Of a stretch of DNA of 39,393 nt, positions 23,543 through 32,590 are shown piece by piece. Source of the stretch: an uncultured Ruminococcus sp. GTDB lineage: Bacteria; Bacillota; Clostridia; Oscillospirales; Acutalibacteraceae. Within the stretch, counting starts at the first letter, position 1. Every line of letters begins with the position of its first letter. The position numbers and the translations under genes were made by a program. The stretch covers positions 1 to 39,393 of the forward strand of contig CALBHM010000307.1 of assembly GCA_937892835.1 (NCBI GenBank), read 5' to 3'. Below the pieces are notes generated by a model. That model was not told the origin of the DNA and made no database searches. It saw only the letters and a list, made by a program, of their open reading frames with translations.

Positions 23543-24691
23543 ATGAGTAAAACCGTTGCCGTTCTCGGCTCAACAGGTTCAATCGGAACTCAGGCTCTCG
23601 AGGTTATCGAGATGCAGGGCTATGAGGTCAAGGCTTTGACGGCGAGCGTCAGCGTTGACACGATTGAAAAACAAATCAGAAAATTCAAGCCTCAGCTTGC
23701 CGCAATGGTTGATGAAAAAGCGGCAGCCGAGCTTAAAATAAGAGTTGCGGACACTTCAACAAAGGTGCTTTCGGGCATGGATGGTGTTTGCGAATGCGCT
23801 GCGTGCGGAGCGGATTATGTTCTCAACAGCATTGTCGGCATGGCAGGACTTGAGCCGACGATAGCTGCGATAAACGCTGGCAGTGAGCTTGCGCTTGCAA
23901 ACAAGGAAACGCTTGTTGCCGGCGGCCAGCTCGTTATGGGACTTGCTAAAGAAAATGGCGTAAGTATTCTCCCTGTTGACAGCGAGCACTCGGCTATCTT
24001 TCAGTCAATGCAGGGATGTCGAGACAAAAAGGAGATTAAAAAGCTCATTCTTACCGCTTCCGGCGGCCCGTTCTTCGGCAAAAAGCGTGACGAGCTTGGA
24101 GATGTCACGGTAAAAGAGGCACTCAATCATCCGAACTGGAGCATGGGCGCAAAAATTACCATTGATTCCGCTTCAATGATGAACAAAGGCCTTGAGCTGA
24201 TTGAGGCTGTTTGGCTTTTCTCAATGGATCCCAAGGACATTGACATTGTTGTTCACCGTCAGAGCGTTATTCATTCGCTTGTTGAGTTTTGCGATAATTC
24301 AGTTATTGCCCAGCTCGGTGTTCCCGATATGCGAATCCCGATTCAGTACGCATTGACATATCCGAACAGAATTCCGTCGCCCGTCAAGGAGCTTTCGCTG
24401 ACGGACTACGGTACGCTTACTTTTGATAAGCCCGATTATGAAACTTTCGGATTGATTAATGTATGCCGAAAAGCAATCAATGACGGCGGACTTTTCCCTG
24501 CCTGTGCAAATGCGGCAAATGAGGAAGCAAATCTTGCTTTCAGACAGGGCAAAATTAAATTTTTACAGATTGAGGAATTGGTCAGAGAGACCGTTGAGAA
24601 TGCTCAGCGATTTGATACATATAAACTCGGCGACGTTTTGGATATGTACAACTGGGCGAGGGGTTATGTGAAAGAAAAAATAATGGGCTGA
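23543..24691 (+). CDS. dxr: 1-deoxy-D-xylulose 5-phosphate reductoisomerase
   Basis: VLGSTGSIGTQAL, LANKE, DSEHSAIFQ, and NHPNWSMGAKITIDSA. Confidence 0.95.
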   Translation: MSKTVAVLGSTGSIGTQALEVIEMQGYEVKALTASVSVDTIEKQIRKFKPQLAAMVDEKAAAELKIRVADTSTKVLSGMDGVCECAACGADYVLNSIVGMAGLEPTIAAINAGSELALANKETLVAGGQLVMGLAKENGVSILPVDSEHSAIFQSMQGCRDKKEIKKLILTASGGPFFGKKRDELGDVTVKEALNHPNWSMGAKITIDSASMMNKGLELIEAVWLFSMDPKDIDIVVHRQSVIHSLVEFCDNSVIAQLGVPDMRIPIQYALTYPNRIPSPVKELSLTDYGTLTFDKPDYETFGLINVCRKAINDGGLFPACANAANEEANLAFRQGKIKFLQIEELVRETVENAQRFDTYKLGDVLDMYNWARGYVKEKIMG

Positions 24692-24740
24692 GGTCACTCG
24701 GTTCACGAAAGAGGCGATTAAAATAGGATTTTTATCTGCA

Positions 24741-25766
24741 TTGGCGAGCAAATGGACGATTCTGCTTGCGATAATATTTTTCGGCATAATAATCATGGTG
24801 CATGAGGCAGGCCATTTTACGTTTGCGAAGATTTTCGGCGTAAAGGTAAATGAGTTTTCTCTCGGCATGGGTCCTACTTTGCTTAAAAAGAAAAAGGGCG
24901 AAACTCAATATTCATGGCGATTGCTGCCGATTGGCGGCTTTGTCAGCATGGAGGGCGAGGACGAGGACAGCACAGACGAGCGTGCATTTAACAATAAACC
25001 CTGCTGGCAGAGAATAATTATCGTTGTCGCAGGTGCTATGGTGAATATAATTCTCGGTCTTATTATAATTGCGATAATGCTTGGCGTTTCGGATAATCTT
25101 TCCGGAACAAACTATGTTAATTTTTTCAGCGACAATGGGAAGCAGGTCGCAGAGTATAACGGACTTAAGGCCAAGGATAAAATAATTAAAATCGACGGCA
25201 AAAGAGTTTATTATTACACAGATGTGCCCTATCTTCTCAGCCGTGACGAAGGCTCGACAGCTGATTTGCTTGTTGAGCGTGACGGCAAAAGGGTTGAGAT
25301 TAACGATGTTGAAATGCCCTATTCAAAGATCGTTATGGTTGGTGTCGATAAGACTGCCGGCACGGTTTTCAAGGATACATTCAAGGAATCTGTCAGTATT
25401 TTCAGGATGGTTTGGCTGAGCCTGTTTGACCTTGTTACGGGCAAATATTCCGTCAAGGATGTTTCAGGACCTGTCGGCGTTGTGGACTATGTTTCCGATG
25501 CGGCGCAGGAGTCAGTCAAAACGGCGGATTACACGGGACTTCTCAGTATAATGGCTCTTATTACGATAAATATCGGTGTATTCAATCTTCTGCCGATTCC
25601 TGCTCTTGACGGCGGACGTCTTTTCTTCCTGCTCATCGAGCTTGTCAGAAGAAAGCCGATAAAACAGAAATATGAATCACTTGTTCATGCTATAGGTATG
25701 GTTATTCTCCTGCTCTTCATGGCCGCAATCACGTTTAAGGATATCTACTCGCTGATTGTGAAGTGA
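24741..25766 (+). CDS. rseP: RIP metalloprotease RseP (site-2 protease, M50 family)
   Basis: HEAGHF, a PDZ-like middle region, and NLLPIPALDGG. A TTG start is the first canonical in-frame start after the upstream stop codon. Confidence 0.85.
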   Translation: MASKWTILLAIIFFGIIIMVHEAGHFTFAKIFGVKVNEFSLGMGPTLLKKKKGETQYSWRLLPIGGFVSMEGEDEDSTDERAFNNKPCWQRIIIVVAGAMVNIILGLIIIAIMLGVSDNLSGTNYVNFFSDNGKQVAEYNGLKAKDKIIKIDGKRVYYYTDVPYLLSRDEGSTADLLVERDGKRVEINDVEMPYSKIVMVGVDKTAGTVFKDTFKESVSIFRMVWLSLFDLVTGKYSVKDVSGPVGVVDYVSDAAQESVKTADYTGLLSIMALITINIGVFNLLPIPALDGGRLFFLLIELVRRKPIKQKYESLVHAIGMVILLLFMAAITFKDIYSLIVK

Positions 25767-25829
25767 GGATAGAAAGCTAAAATGGGGATAAAGAACAATC
25801 GCTATTTTAATTCGAACTGAGGTATTAAA

Positions 25830-26879
25830 ATGGAACGAAGAAAAACGAAAAAAATAAAAATCGGCAACACATATATCGGCGGTGACGCTCCGATAACGGT
25901 GCAGTCGATGCTCAACAAACCTGCACACGATATTGAAGCGAGCGTTAAGCAGGCGGTTGAACTTGAAAAAGCTGGCTGTCAGATTATTCGTGGTGCAATT
26001 CCCGATATGGACGCAGTGAAGCTTATTCCTGCTCTCAAAGAAGCAGTTAGTGTTCCGATCGTTGCGGATATTCATTTTGATTATCGTCTCGCAATCGAAG
26101 CAGTTGCGGCAGGAGTTGACAAGGTGCGCATAAACCCGGGCAATATAGGCTCGGATGATAGAGTGAAAAAGGTTGTCGAAGCGTGTCGTTCAAGAAATAT
26201 CCCTATTCGTATCGGCGTAAATTCAGGCTCTGTCGAAAAGGAAATTCTTGCAAAATACGGTGCGCCGACCCCCGAAGCCATGGCGGAAAGCGCAATGTAC
26301 CACGCTTCACTGCTTGAAAAATTTGATTTTGATGACATTGTAATTTCAATTAAATCGTCTAATGTAGGGAACATGATAAAGGCTTACGAGACTGTTGCCG
26401 AAAGATGCGATTACCCGCTTCATCTCGGCGTTACCGAGGCCGGCACGGAGCGTATGGGTCTTATAAAATCAAGCGCAGGCATAGGAAGTCTGCTCATGCA
26501 CGGAATCGGCGATTCGATTCGAGTTTCGCTGACTGCCGACCCTGTCAAAGAGGTCTATGCCGGACTTGATATTCTCAAGGCTCTTGATCTCAGAAGTGAC
26601 TGTGTTCAAATTGTTTCCTGCCCGACCTGCGGCAGAACCAAGATTGACCTTATTAAGGTAGCCGGTGAGGTTGAGAATGCACTCAGAGATTGTCATAAGC
26701 CGATTAAGGTTGCGGTAATGGGTTGCGTTGTCAACGGACCGGGTGAGGCGAAGGAAGCCGATATCGGTATTGCCGGCGGTGACGGTTGTGCAGTCCTCAT
26801 CAAAAAGGGCGAAATTATCAGAAAGATTAAAGAAGAAGATATTGTCAGCGAGCTGCTGGCTGAAATAGATAAGATGTAA
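25830..26879 (+). CDS. ispG: 4-hydroxy-3-methylbut-2-en-1-yl diphosphate synthase
   Basis: Full-length GcpE pattern: VQSMLN, ADIHFDYRLA, RINPGNIG, CPTCGRT and GCVVNGPGE. Confidence 0.95.
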   Translation: MERRKTKKIKIGNTYIGGDAPITVQSMLNKPAHDIEASVKQAVELEKAGCQIIRGAIPDMDAVKLIPALKEAVSVPIVADIHFDYRLAIEAVAAGVDKVRINPGNIGSDDRVKKVVEACRSRNIPIRIGVNSGSVEKEILAKYGAPTPEAMAESAMYHASLLEKFDFDDIVISIKSSNVGNMIKAYETVAERCDYPLHLGVTEAGTERMGLIKSSAGIGSLLMHGIGDSIRVSLTADPVKEVYAGLDILKALDLRSDCVQIVSCPTCGRTKIDLIKVAGEVENALRDCHKPIKVAVMGCVVNGPGEAKEADIGIAGGDGCAVLIKKGEIIRKIKEEDIVSELLAEIDKM

Positions 26880-26936
26880 AGCAATTCGCACATTTAAATT
26901 GTGCGGCATTGCATCAGTTAATTTGGGAGTGTAATT

Positions 26937-29900
26937 TTGAAAGAAGTCAGTTTTCTCAGCCTTTTCGGCGAGTACATAGATCAGGGTGTTGCGGCGTATT
27001 TTGATTCCGCAACGGTTGAAAGCATTGAGGCGAGCCTTGCGGAACGCAGTGTCAGCATGCTCGTCAGCTTTCCTGTGCCCATTGACTCGGCAGTAATAAA
27101 AAAGGCGAGAGCGGAACTTATTCGTGTGATGAATCTGCATCGCCTTGACCTCGGAATACATTTCCCTCCCGAGACATTTGATATAAACTACATGACAAGC
27201 TTTGTCAAGGAGATTTATGAGCATTTCCCGGCCTCAAGGACCATTCTTGAAGGGGCGACCTATAACATCAACGGAGATAAGCTGACCGTAGAGCTTGCGG
27301 CGAACGGCAAGGACGTGCTTATTAATCTCGGGTGCGACAAATTCATCCGTCAGACGATTGACCGTCGCTTTGAAAGGCTGATAGCTGTTGAGTTTGTCAG
27401 CAACGTTTCGGCTCAGGATGACATTAAGGTGCTTGAAGAGCTTCAGAAAAAGGAAAATCAAAAGATTGCCGTTGCTCCGCCAATGGCTAATCCTGTTGCC
27501 GTTTCAAAGGCACCTGCTCAAAAAAAGCCAAAAGAAAAAACCTATGATGATTTGCCGATTTCAATAACTAACGCTAAGCCGCTTTTCGGCACACTTGTTA
27601 AGGGCAAGCCGAAGCCGATTAAGGAGTGTTTGCCGGAGGACGGTGAGGTTGTTGTATGGGGTGATGTATTTTCCCTTGAAACGAGAGAGTCCAAGGATGG
27701 CCGCTACAGCATAATCAATTTCAATATAACCGACTATACCTCATCATATCCGGTTAAGGTTTTCGGCGAGAAGAAAAAGTGTGAAGATTTGGTAGAAAAT
27801 CTTAAGGACGGAAAGACAGTTCTTGTCCGTGGTGCAATAAACATGGACACCTACATGCATACATATCTCATCAACGCAAGAGCTGTCACGGAGATTGAAA
27901 AAATAGAAAAGCAGGATAACGCTCCGGAAAAACGTGTGGAGCTTCACCTGCATACAAATATGTCGGCTATGGACGGTATGACGAGTGCAAAGGAGCTTGT
28001 CAGCCGTGCGATAGCATGGGGTCACAAGGCTATTGCGATCACCGATCACGGTGTTGTTCAGGCGTTCCCCGAGGCGTGCAACACTGCCGCAAAAGCGGGA
28101 ATAAAGATTATTTACGGCATGGAGGGCTACCTCGTTGACGATGACGCTTTCTATGATGATTACGGTTTCGGCGTGGATGATGAAATCCCTGCTGAATACA
28201 TTGAGAAAGTCCGTGCCGAAAAGACCTACCATATAATTATAATCGCAAAGAATACGCAGGGACTTAAAAACCTCTATAAGCTAATAACGGATTCAAACCT
28301 TAAATTTTTCAAGCGCAGACCGAGAATTCCTCGCCACAGACTTATGCAGCTTCGTGAGGGACTTATTATCGGTAGCGCCTGCGAAGCGGGCGAGCTTTAC
28401 CGTGCACTTGTTGACCAAAAGAGTGACGAGGACGTTCTCAGAATTGCTTCCTTCTATGACTATCTTGAAATCCAGCCGAACGGCAATAATGCTTTCATGC
28501 TTCGCAGCCAGGACGAGCGTTACGAACGCTTCAAGACGGTTGAGGATCTTGAAAATGTTGACAGACAGATAATTCACATAGCGGATAAGCTTGGTAAAAT
28601 GGTTGTTGCCACCTGCGACGTCCATTTCATTGACCCGGGAAACGCTGTTTTTCGTGAGATTCTCATGACATCAATGGGCTTCTCCGACGCTTCTCAGCAG
28701 GCTCCGCTCTATTTCAGGACGACTGACGAAATGCTTGCCGAGTTTGCATATCTCGGTGAGGAGACAGCGAGAGAAGTCGTTATCACCAACCCTAATAAAA
28801 TTGCCGACCTTTGCGAAAGCGGCATGACGCCGTTCCCGAGAGGAACGTTCCCTCCGAGCCTTGAGGGTGCAGATGAGGATCTTACCCGCATCTGCTGGGA
28901 GAGAACGAAGAAGGATTATGGCGATCCTGTGCCGGAGAATGTTGCCAAACGACTTGAGAAAGAGCTGAAGTCAATTATCTCGAACGGATTCGGCGTTCTT
29001 TATATGATTGCACAAAAGCTGGTTCAGAACTCCGAGGAGCACGGCTATTATGTCGGCTCGAGAGGTTCGGTCGGTTCATCGTTCGTTGCACACGCGGCAG
29101 GTATTTCCGAGGTTAACCCTCTTCCGCCGCATTATGTATGTAAAAAATGTAAACACTCGGAATTTTTCTATGACGGTTCTGTCGGTTCGGGATATGACCT
29201 GCCACCGAAGGATTGCCCGAATTGCGGAATTCCGATGCATCGTGACGGTCACGATATACCGTTTGAAACATTTCTGGGATTTAAGGGTGATAAACAGCCC
29301 GATATTGACCTTAACTTCAGCGGTGAATATCAGTTCTATGCTCACCGATACACCGAGGAGCTTTTTGGAATTGACCATACATTTAAGGCCGGTACGATTG
29401 GTACTATCGCTGATAAAACTGCTTACGGCTTTGTTAAAAAATGGCTTGAAGTCAAGGGTATAACGGTTAACCGTGCCGAAGAGGACAGGCTGACAAAAGG
29501 CTGCACCGGAGTTAAAAGAACGACCGGACAGCACCCGGGAGGAATGGTTGTTGTTCCGGCAAGCAATGATGCCGAGGACTTCACCCCGATTCAGCACCCT
29601 GCGGACGATGTTTCCGGAGGACTGAGAACGACTCACTTCGACTTCCATTCACTTCATGATACGATCCTTAAGCTTGATAACCTCGGCCACGATGTTCCGA
29701 CGCTTTATCGACATCTTGAGGATTCAACAGGCATCAATGTTTTCGACGTTGATATTTGCGACCCGAAGCTTTATGAGTTGTTGACGTCACCGGAACCGCT
29801 TGGAGTAACGGCGGAGGAGATCGGCTGCGAAACAGGTACACTTTCACTTCCGGAGCTTGGCACGCCGTTTGTTAGAGGTATGCTGATGGAAGCAAAGCCG

Positions 29901-30740
29901 AAGAATTTTTCCGATATGCTTCAGATTTCAGGACTTTCTCACGGAACGGACGTTTGGCTCGGCAACGCTCAGGAGCTTATTAAAAACGGTACATGCACGA
30001 TTTCCGAGGTTATCGGAACTCGTGATAATATCATGGTTTACCTTATGCATAAGGGCCTTGAACCCGATATGGCGTTCAAAATCATGGAAATTGTCCGTAA
30101 AGGCAACGCAACAAAGCTTCTGACGGAAGCGCATATAAAAGCAATGAAGGAGCATAACGTTCCGGATTGGTACATTGATTCCTGTATGAAAATCAAGTAT
30201 ATGTTCCCGAAGGCTCATGCTGCGGCATATGTTAGTGCCGCAATGCGTCTTGCATGGTACAAGGTATATAAGCCGACGGAATATTATGCAACCTATATGA
30301 CGGTTCGAGGCGAAGATCTCGATACAGTTGCAATCATGGAGGGCAGGGGAGCTGTTAAACAGCTTATGAACTCGATTATAAATAAGGGACACGAAGCGAC
30401 GGCAAAGGAAGAAAACATGTATGTCGCAATGCAGGTCGTCAATGAAATGATGGCAAGAGGCGTTGAATTCCTGCCGATTGACCTATACAAATCTCATGCA
30501 ACGGTTTATAAATTGGAGGACGGAAAGATCAGACTTCCGTTCATGTCCATGGCCGGCACAGGCGAGTCGGCCGCTGTGGCTCTAATGAAAGCAAGGGATG
30601 ACGGCGAGGGCGAATATATGTCTCGTGATGATCTTCAGCAGCGTGCCGGAATCAGTAAGTCGGTTATGGAAACGCTCGACGCATGCGGTGCTCTTGAGGG
30701 ATTGCCGCAGAGCACACAGATGAGCTTTTTTGGATTTTAA
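26937..30740 (+). CDS. polC: DNA polymerase III PolC-type alpha subunit, apparently lacking the 3'-5' exonuclease insertion
   Basis: OB domain, PHP (HLHTNMSAMDG...ITDHG), PolC zinc finger (CKKCKHSEF...CPNCG), and palm/fingers (GSRGSVGSSFVA, GQHPGGMVV). 1267 aa. TTG start lies 7 nt after GGGAG. Confidence 0.9.
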   Translation: MKEVSFLSLFGEYIDQGVAAYFDSATVESIEASLAERSVSMLVSFPVPIDSAVIKKARAELIRVMNLHRLDLGIHFPPETFDINYMTSFVKEIYEHFPASRTILEGATYNINGDKLTVELAANGKDVLINLGCDKFIRQTIDRRFERLIAVEFVSNVSAQDDIKVLEELQKKENQKIAVAPPMANPVAVSKAPAQKKPKEKTYDDLPISITNAKPLFGTLVKGKPKPIKECLPEDGEVVVWGDVFSLETRESKDGRYSIINFNITDYTSSYPVKVFGEKKKCEDLVENLKDGKTVLVRGAINMDTYMHTYLINARAVTEIEKIEKQDNAPEKRVELHLHTNMSAMDGMTSAKELVSRAIAWGHKAIAITDHGVVQAFPEACNTAAKAGIKIIYGMEGYLVDDDAFYDDYGFGVDDEIPAEYIEKVRAEKTYHIIIIAKNTQGLKNLYKLITDSNLKFFKRRPRIPRHRLMQLREGLIIGSACEAGELYRALVDQKSDEDVLRIASFYDYLEIQPNGNNAFMLRSQDERYERFKTVEDLENVDRQIIHIADKLGKMVVATCDVHFIDPGNAVFREILMTSMGFSDASQQAPLYFRTTDEMLAEFAYLGEETAREVVITNPNKIADLCESGMTPFPRGTFPPSLEGADEDLTRICWERTKKDYGDPVPENVAKRLEKELKSIISNGFGVLYMIAQKLVQNSEEHGYYVGSRGSVGSSFVAHAAGISEVNPLPPHYVCKKCKHSEFFYDGSVGSGYDLPPKDCPNCGIPMHRDGHDIPFETFLGFKGDKQPDIDLNFSGEYQFYAHRYTEELFGIDHTFKAGTIGTIADKTAYGFVKKWLEVKGITVNRAEEDRLTKGCTGVKRTTGQHPGGMVVVPASNDAEDFTPIQHPADDVSGGLRTTHFDFHSLHDTILKLDNLGHDVPTLYRHLEDSTGINVFDVDICDPKLYELLTSPEPLGVTAEEIGCETGTLSLPELGTPFVRGMLMEAKPKNFSDMLQISGLSHGTDVWLGNAQELIKNGTCTISEVIGTRDNIMVYLMHKGLEPDMAFKIMEIVRKGNATKLLTEAHIKAMKEHNVPDWYIDSCMKIKYMFPKAHAAAYVSAAMRLAWYKVYKPTEYYATYMTVRGEDLDTVAIMEGRGAVKQLMNSIINKGHEATAKEENMYVAMQVVNEMMARGVEFLPIDLYKSHATVYKLEDGKIRLPFMSMAGTGESAAVALMKARDDGEGEYMSRDDLQQRAGISKSVMETLDACGALEGLPQSTQMSFFGF

Positions 30741-30757
30741 TAACGGAGGAAATATAA

Positions 30758-31183
30758 ATGATTGATCTTTACAAGCTTTGGGAAAATAAAAAGACAATGC
30801 CTGTAATAACGGTTGAACACGGCTCAGGAAAGGTGCTGATGCTCGGCTATATGAATAAGGAAGCGTTTGCATATACACTCAAAACACGCAGGGCATATTA
30901 TTATGATTCACAAACCGATAAGGTTTATAAATTCGGCGAAGAAAAGGGCAATGCACAGCGTCTAATGTCGCTTGACCTTAACTGTGACGGTGATGCTCTG
31001 CTCATGAGCGTTCAGCAGAAGGGTCATGTTTGCCACCATAACGGAAAGCACAGCACCTGCTTCGGAAATAATATTTACAAGAGGAGCAGGGGTGATTACT
31101 CAAAACGCAGAAAATTCGGCAGGGTAGAGATAGACGAGAATTTTGACTACTCAAAAGAAGACTATGAGGACGAGCTTGAATAA
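30758..31183 (+). CDS. Phosphoribosyl-AMP cyclohydrolase (HisI)-like protein, divergent, with a charged C-terminal tail
   Basis: GKVLMLGYMNKEAFAYTLKT..AYYY......KVYKFGEEKGN......LNCDGDALL..V.Q.G..CH.....TCF aligns by eye with the HisI core. RBS GGAGGA lies upstream. Confidence 0.75.
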   Translation: MIDLYKLWENKKTMPVITVEHGSGKVLMLGYMNKEAFAYTLKTRRAYYYDSQTDKVYKFGEEKGNAQRLMSLDLNCDGDALLMSVQQKGHVCHHNGKHSTCFGNNIYKRSRGDYSKRRKFGRVEIDENFDYSKEDYEDELE

Positions 31184-31187
31184 ATCA

Positions 31188-31216
31188 TTGACAAATACAT
31201 TCTTTTGTCGTATTAT
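31188..31216 (+). promoter_or_regulatory. Sigma-A promoter
   Basis: TTGACA (31188-31193), 17 nt, TATTAT (31211-31216). Confidence 0.6.
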
Positions 31217-31258
31217 GAAAGAACGCACATGTCAACGAATTTAAAAAAAGGTGATGTA

Positions 31259-32029
31259 ATGAAAGAGTATATCGGCCGTATTAAGTCAAATTGCAAGACA
31301 TGGGAGCTTGTTTTCTGGTGGGTTTTCAGGGCGTTAATGGTTTATGCCTTTATTGCGGGATTTTTCAGAAAACCATTTGATATTTCCGATCCGCTTCAAG
31401 TCGGTGCAAATTTTATTGCAATGTTTGCTTGGGAAATTTTTATGTTGTTCCCCGAAAAATGTTTTGTAAGGCATATGCCGTCATTAATACAGGATTTTTC
31501 AATAGTTATGATTTTTGCTGCTTCCTTCTGCGGAAAGTTCCTTAATTTCTATTATGATTCAAGATTTTGGGATTCCGGAATGCACTTGCTCAGCGGTGGG
31601 CTTTGTGTTTTGCTCGGCTATGAGGTTGTTGTCGCAATGCAAAAGCGTGATAACAAGCCGGTTTCAATTCCCGTTGCACTGCTTTGTGCCTTGTGCTTCT
31701 CGTTCTTTGTTTCGACCTGCTGGGAGCTTGTTGAGTTCACAATGGATCAGGTTATGACGAACCCGGAAAAGGGCACAATCGGCGATGCTCAGCACTGGTG
31801 CTACGAGCTTGCAAAGGGCACTCCTAAGGAGGCGACGCTCTTTGACCCGAAGAATATCGGAAGGTGGCCGCTCATGGACACAATGGGTGATATAATTCTC
31901 AATTCTATCGGAGCTGTTGCTGCATGGATATTACTCAAAATATTCCCGTATCACCATGGCAAGAAATTTGATGTGAATAAAGAGATTGAAGAAAAAACAA
32001 AAATGCCAAAAGAGCATGTAACAAAATAA
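31259..32029 (+). CDS. Polytopic membrane protein (possibly DUF2238/YjdF-like)
   Basis: About 6 TM segments with motifs WDSGMHLLSGG, CWELVEF and DTMGDIILNSIGA. Start at ATG 31259 after AAAGGTGA. The family assignment comes from memory of the motif pattern only. Confidence 0.65.
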   Translation: MKEYIGRIKSNCKTWELVFWWVFRALMVYAFIAGFFRKPFDISDPLQVGANFIAMFAWEIFMLFPEKCFVRHMPSLIQDFSIVMIFAASFCGKFLNFYYDSRFWDSGMHLLSGGLCVLLGYEVVVAMQKRDNKPVSIPVALLCALCFSFFVSTCWELVEFTMDQVMTNPEKGTIGDAQHWCYELAKGTPKEATLFDPKNIGRWPLMDTMGDIILNSIGAVAAWILLKIFPYHHGKKFDVNKEIEEKTKMPKEHVTK

Positions 32030-32038
32030 AAAAGAAAA

Positions 32039-32075
32039 GACGAAAATCAGTTCTTCGATTGATTTTCGTCTTTTG
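32039..32075 (+). terminator. Rho-independent terminator
   Basis: GACGAAAATCA-10 nt-TGATTTTCGTC followed by TTTTG. Confidence 0.75.
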
Positions 32076-32118
32076 CTATAGGGAGTAAGTTATATTTTTA
32101 ACAAAGAAAAAATAGAGT

Positions 32119-32165
32119 AAACATTACTATGCCGGGTGAAAAATCACAGCGGCATAGTAATGTTT
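32119..32165 (-). terminator. Long perfect hairpin terminating the small minus-strand gene
   Basis: Perfect 16-bp stem AAACATTACTATGCCG / CGGCATAGTAATGTTT with a 15-nt loop. A T-tract follows a few nt downstream on the minus strand. Confidence 0.65.
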
Positions 32166-32172
32166 GCAGTTC

Positions 32173-32400
32173 TTATCTGTTAAGTTCGTCGTCGACTACC
32201 TCGGCAAAATGGCATAATTCGACCTTGGCAGAATTCAACAAATCTGTGACTCCTTGAACAAAAGATTCGTCAAGAGAGACATCGATAATTTTGATTTGCG
32301 TTTTTGCCGAAGTTTTGTCAACAGCAGCTATACCGTATGTATAAAAGCGTCGGCCGTCCAATAAAATATTAGTTTTTGTGATATGGTATTCTATATTCAT
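32173..32400 (-). CDS. Small (75 aa) hypothetical cytoplasmic protein
   Basis: ORF with RBS AAGGTGGG, a consensus promoter and a strong terminator. No family recognised with certainty. Confidence 0.65.
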   Translation of the reverse strand: MNIEYHITKTNILLDGRRFYTYGIAAVDKTSAKTQIKIIDVSLDESFVQGVTDLLNSAKVELCHFAEVVDDELNR

Positions 32401-32440
32401 ATTCCCACCTTAATTGATTGTGAATTAATATAACGGATAT

Positions 32441-32469
32441 ATTATAATACTGTTTTTTAAAATTGTCAA
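32441..32469 (-). promoter_or_regulatory. Consensus sigma-A promoter for the 75-aa gene
   Basis: The minus strand reads TTGACA, 17 nt, TATAAT. Both hexamers are perfect. Confidence 0.6.
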
Positions 32470-32590
32470 TAAAAACGTGAAAATAAATAACTATTTTTTA
32501 AAATTTCTTTCAATTTTTGGCATTTCGGATATGGACAGGGTCGAAAAAACGCAGATGAAGTCGAAAAAACTTCAATCTGCGTTACGCATT

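Noticed and set aside
26469-27224. 251-aa minus-strand ORF
   Set aside because: It is antisense across the ispG 3' end and the polC 5' end. Both of those are high-confidence genes.
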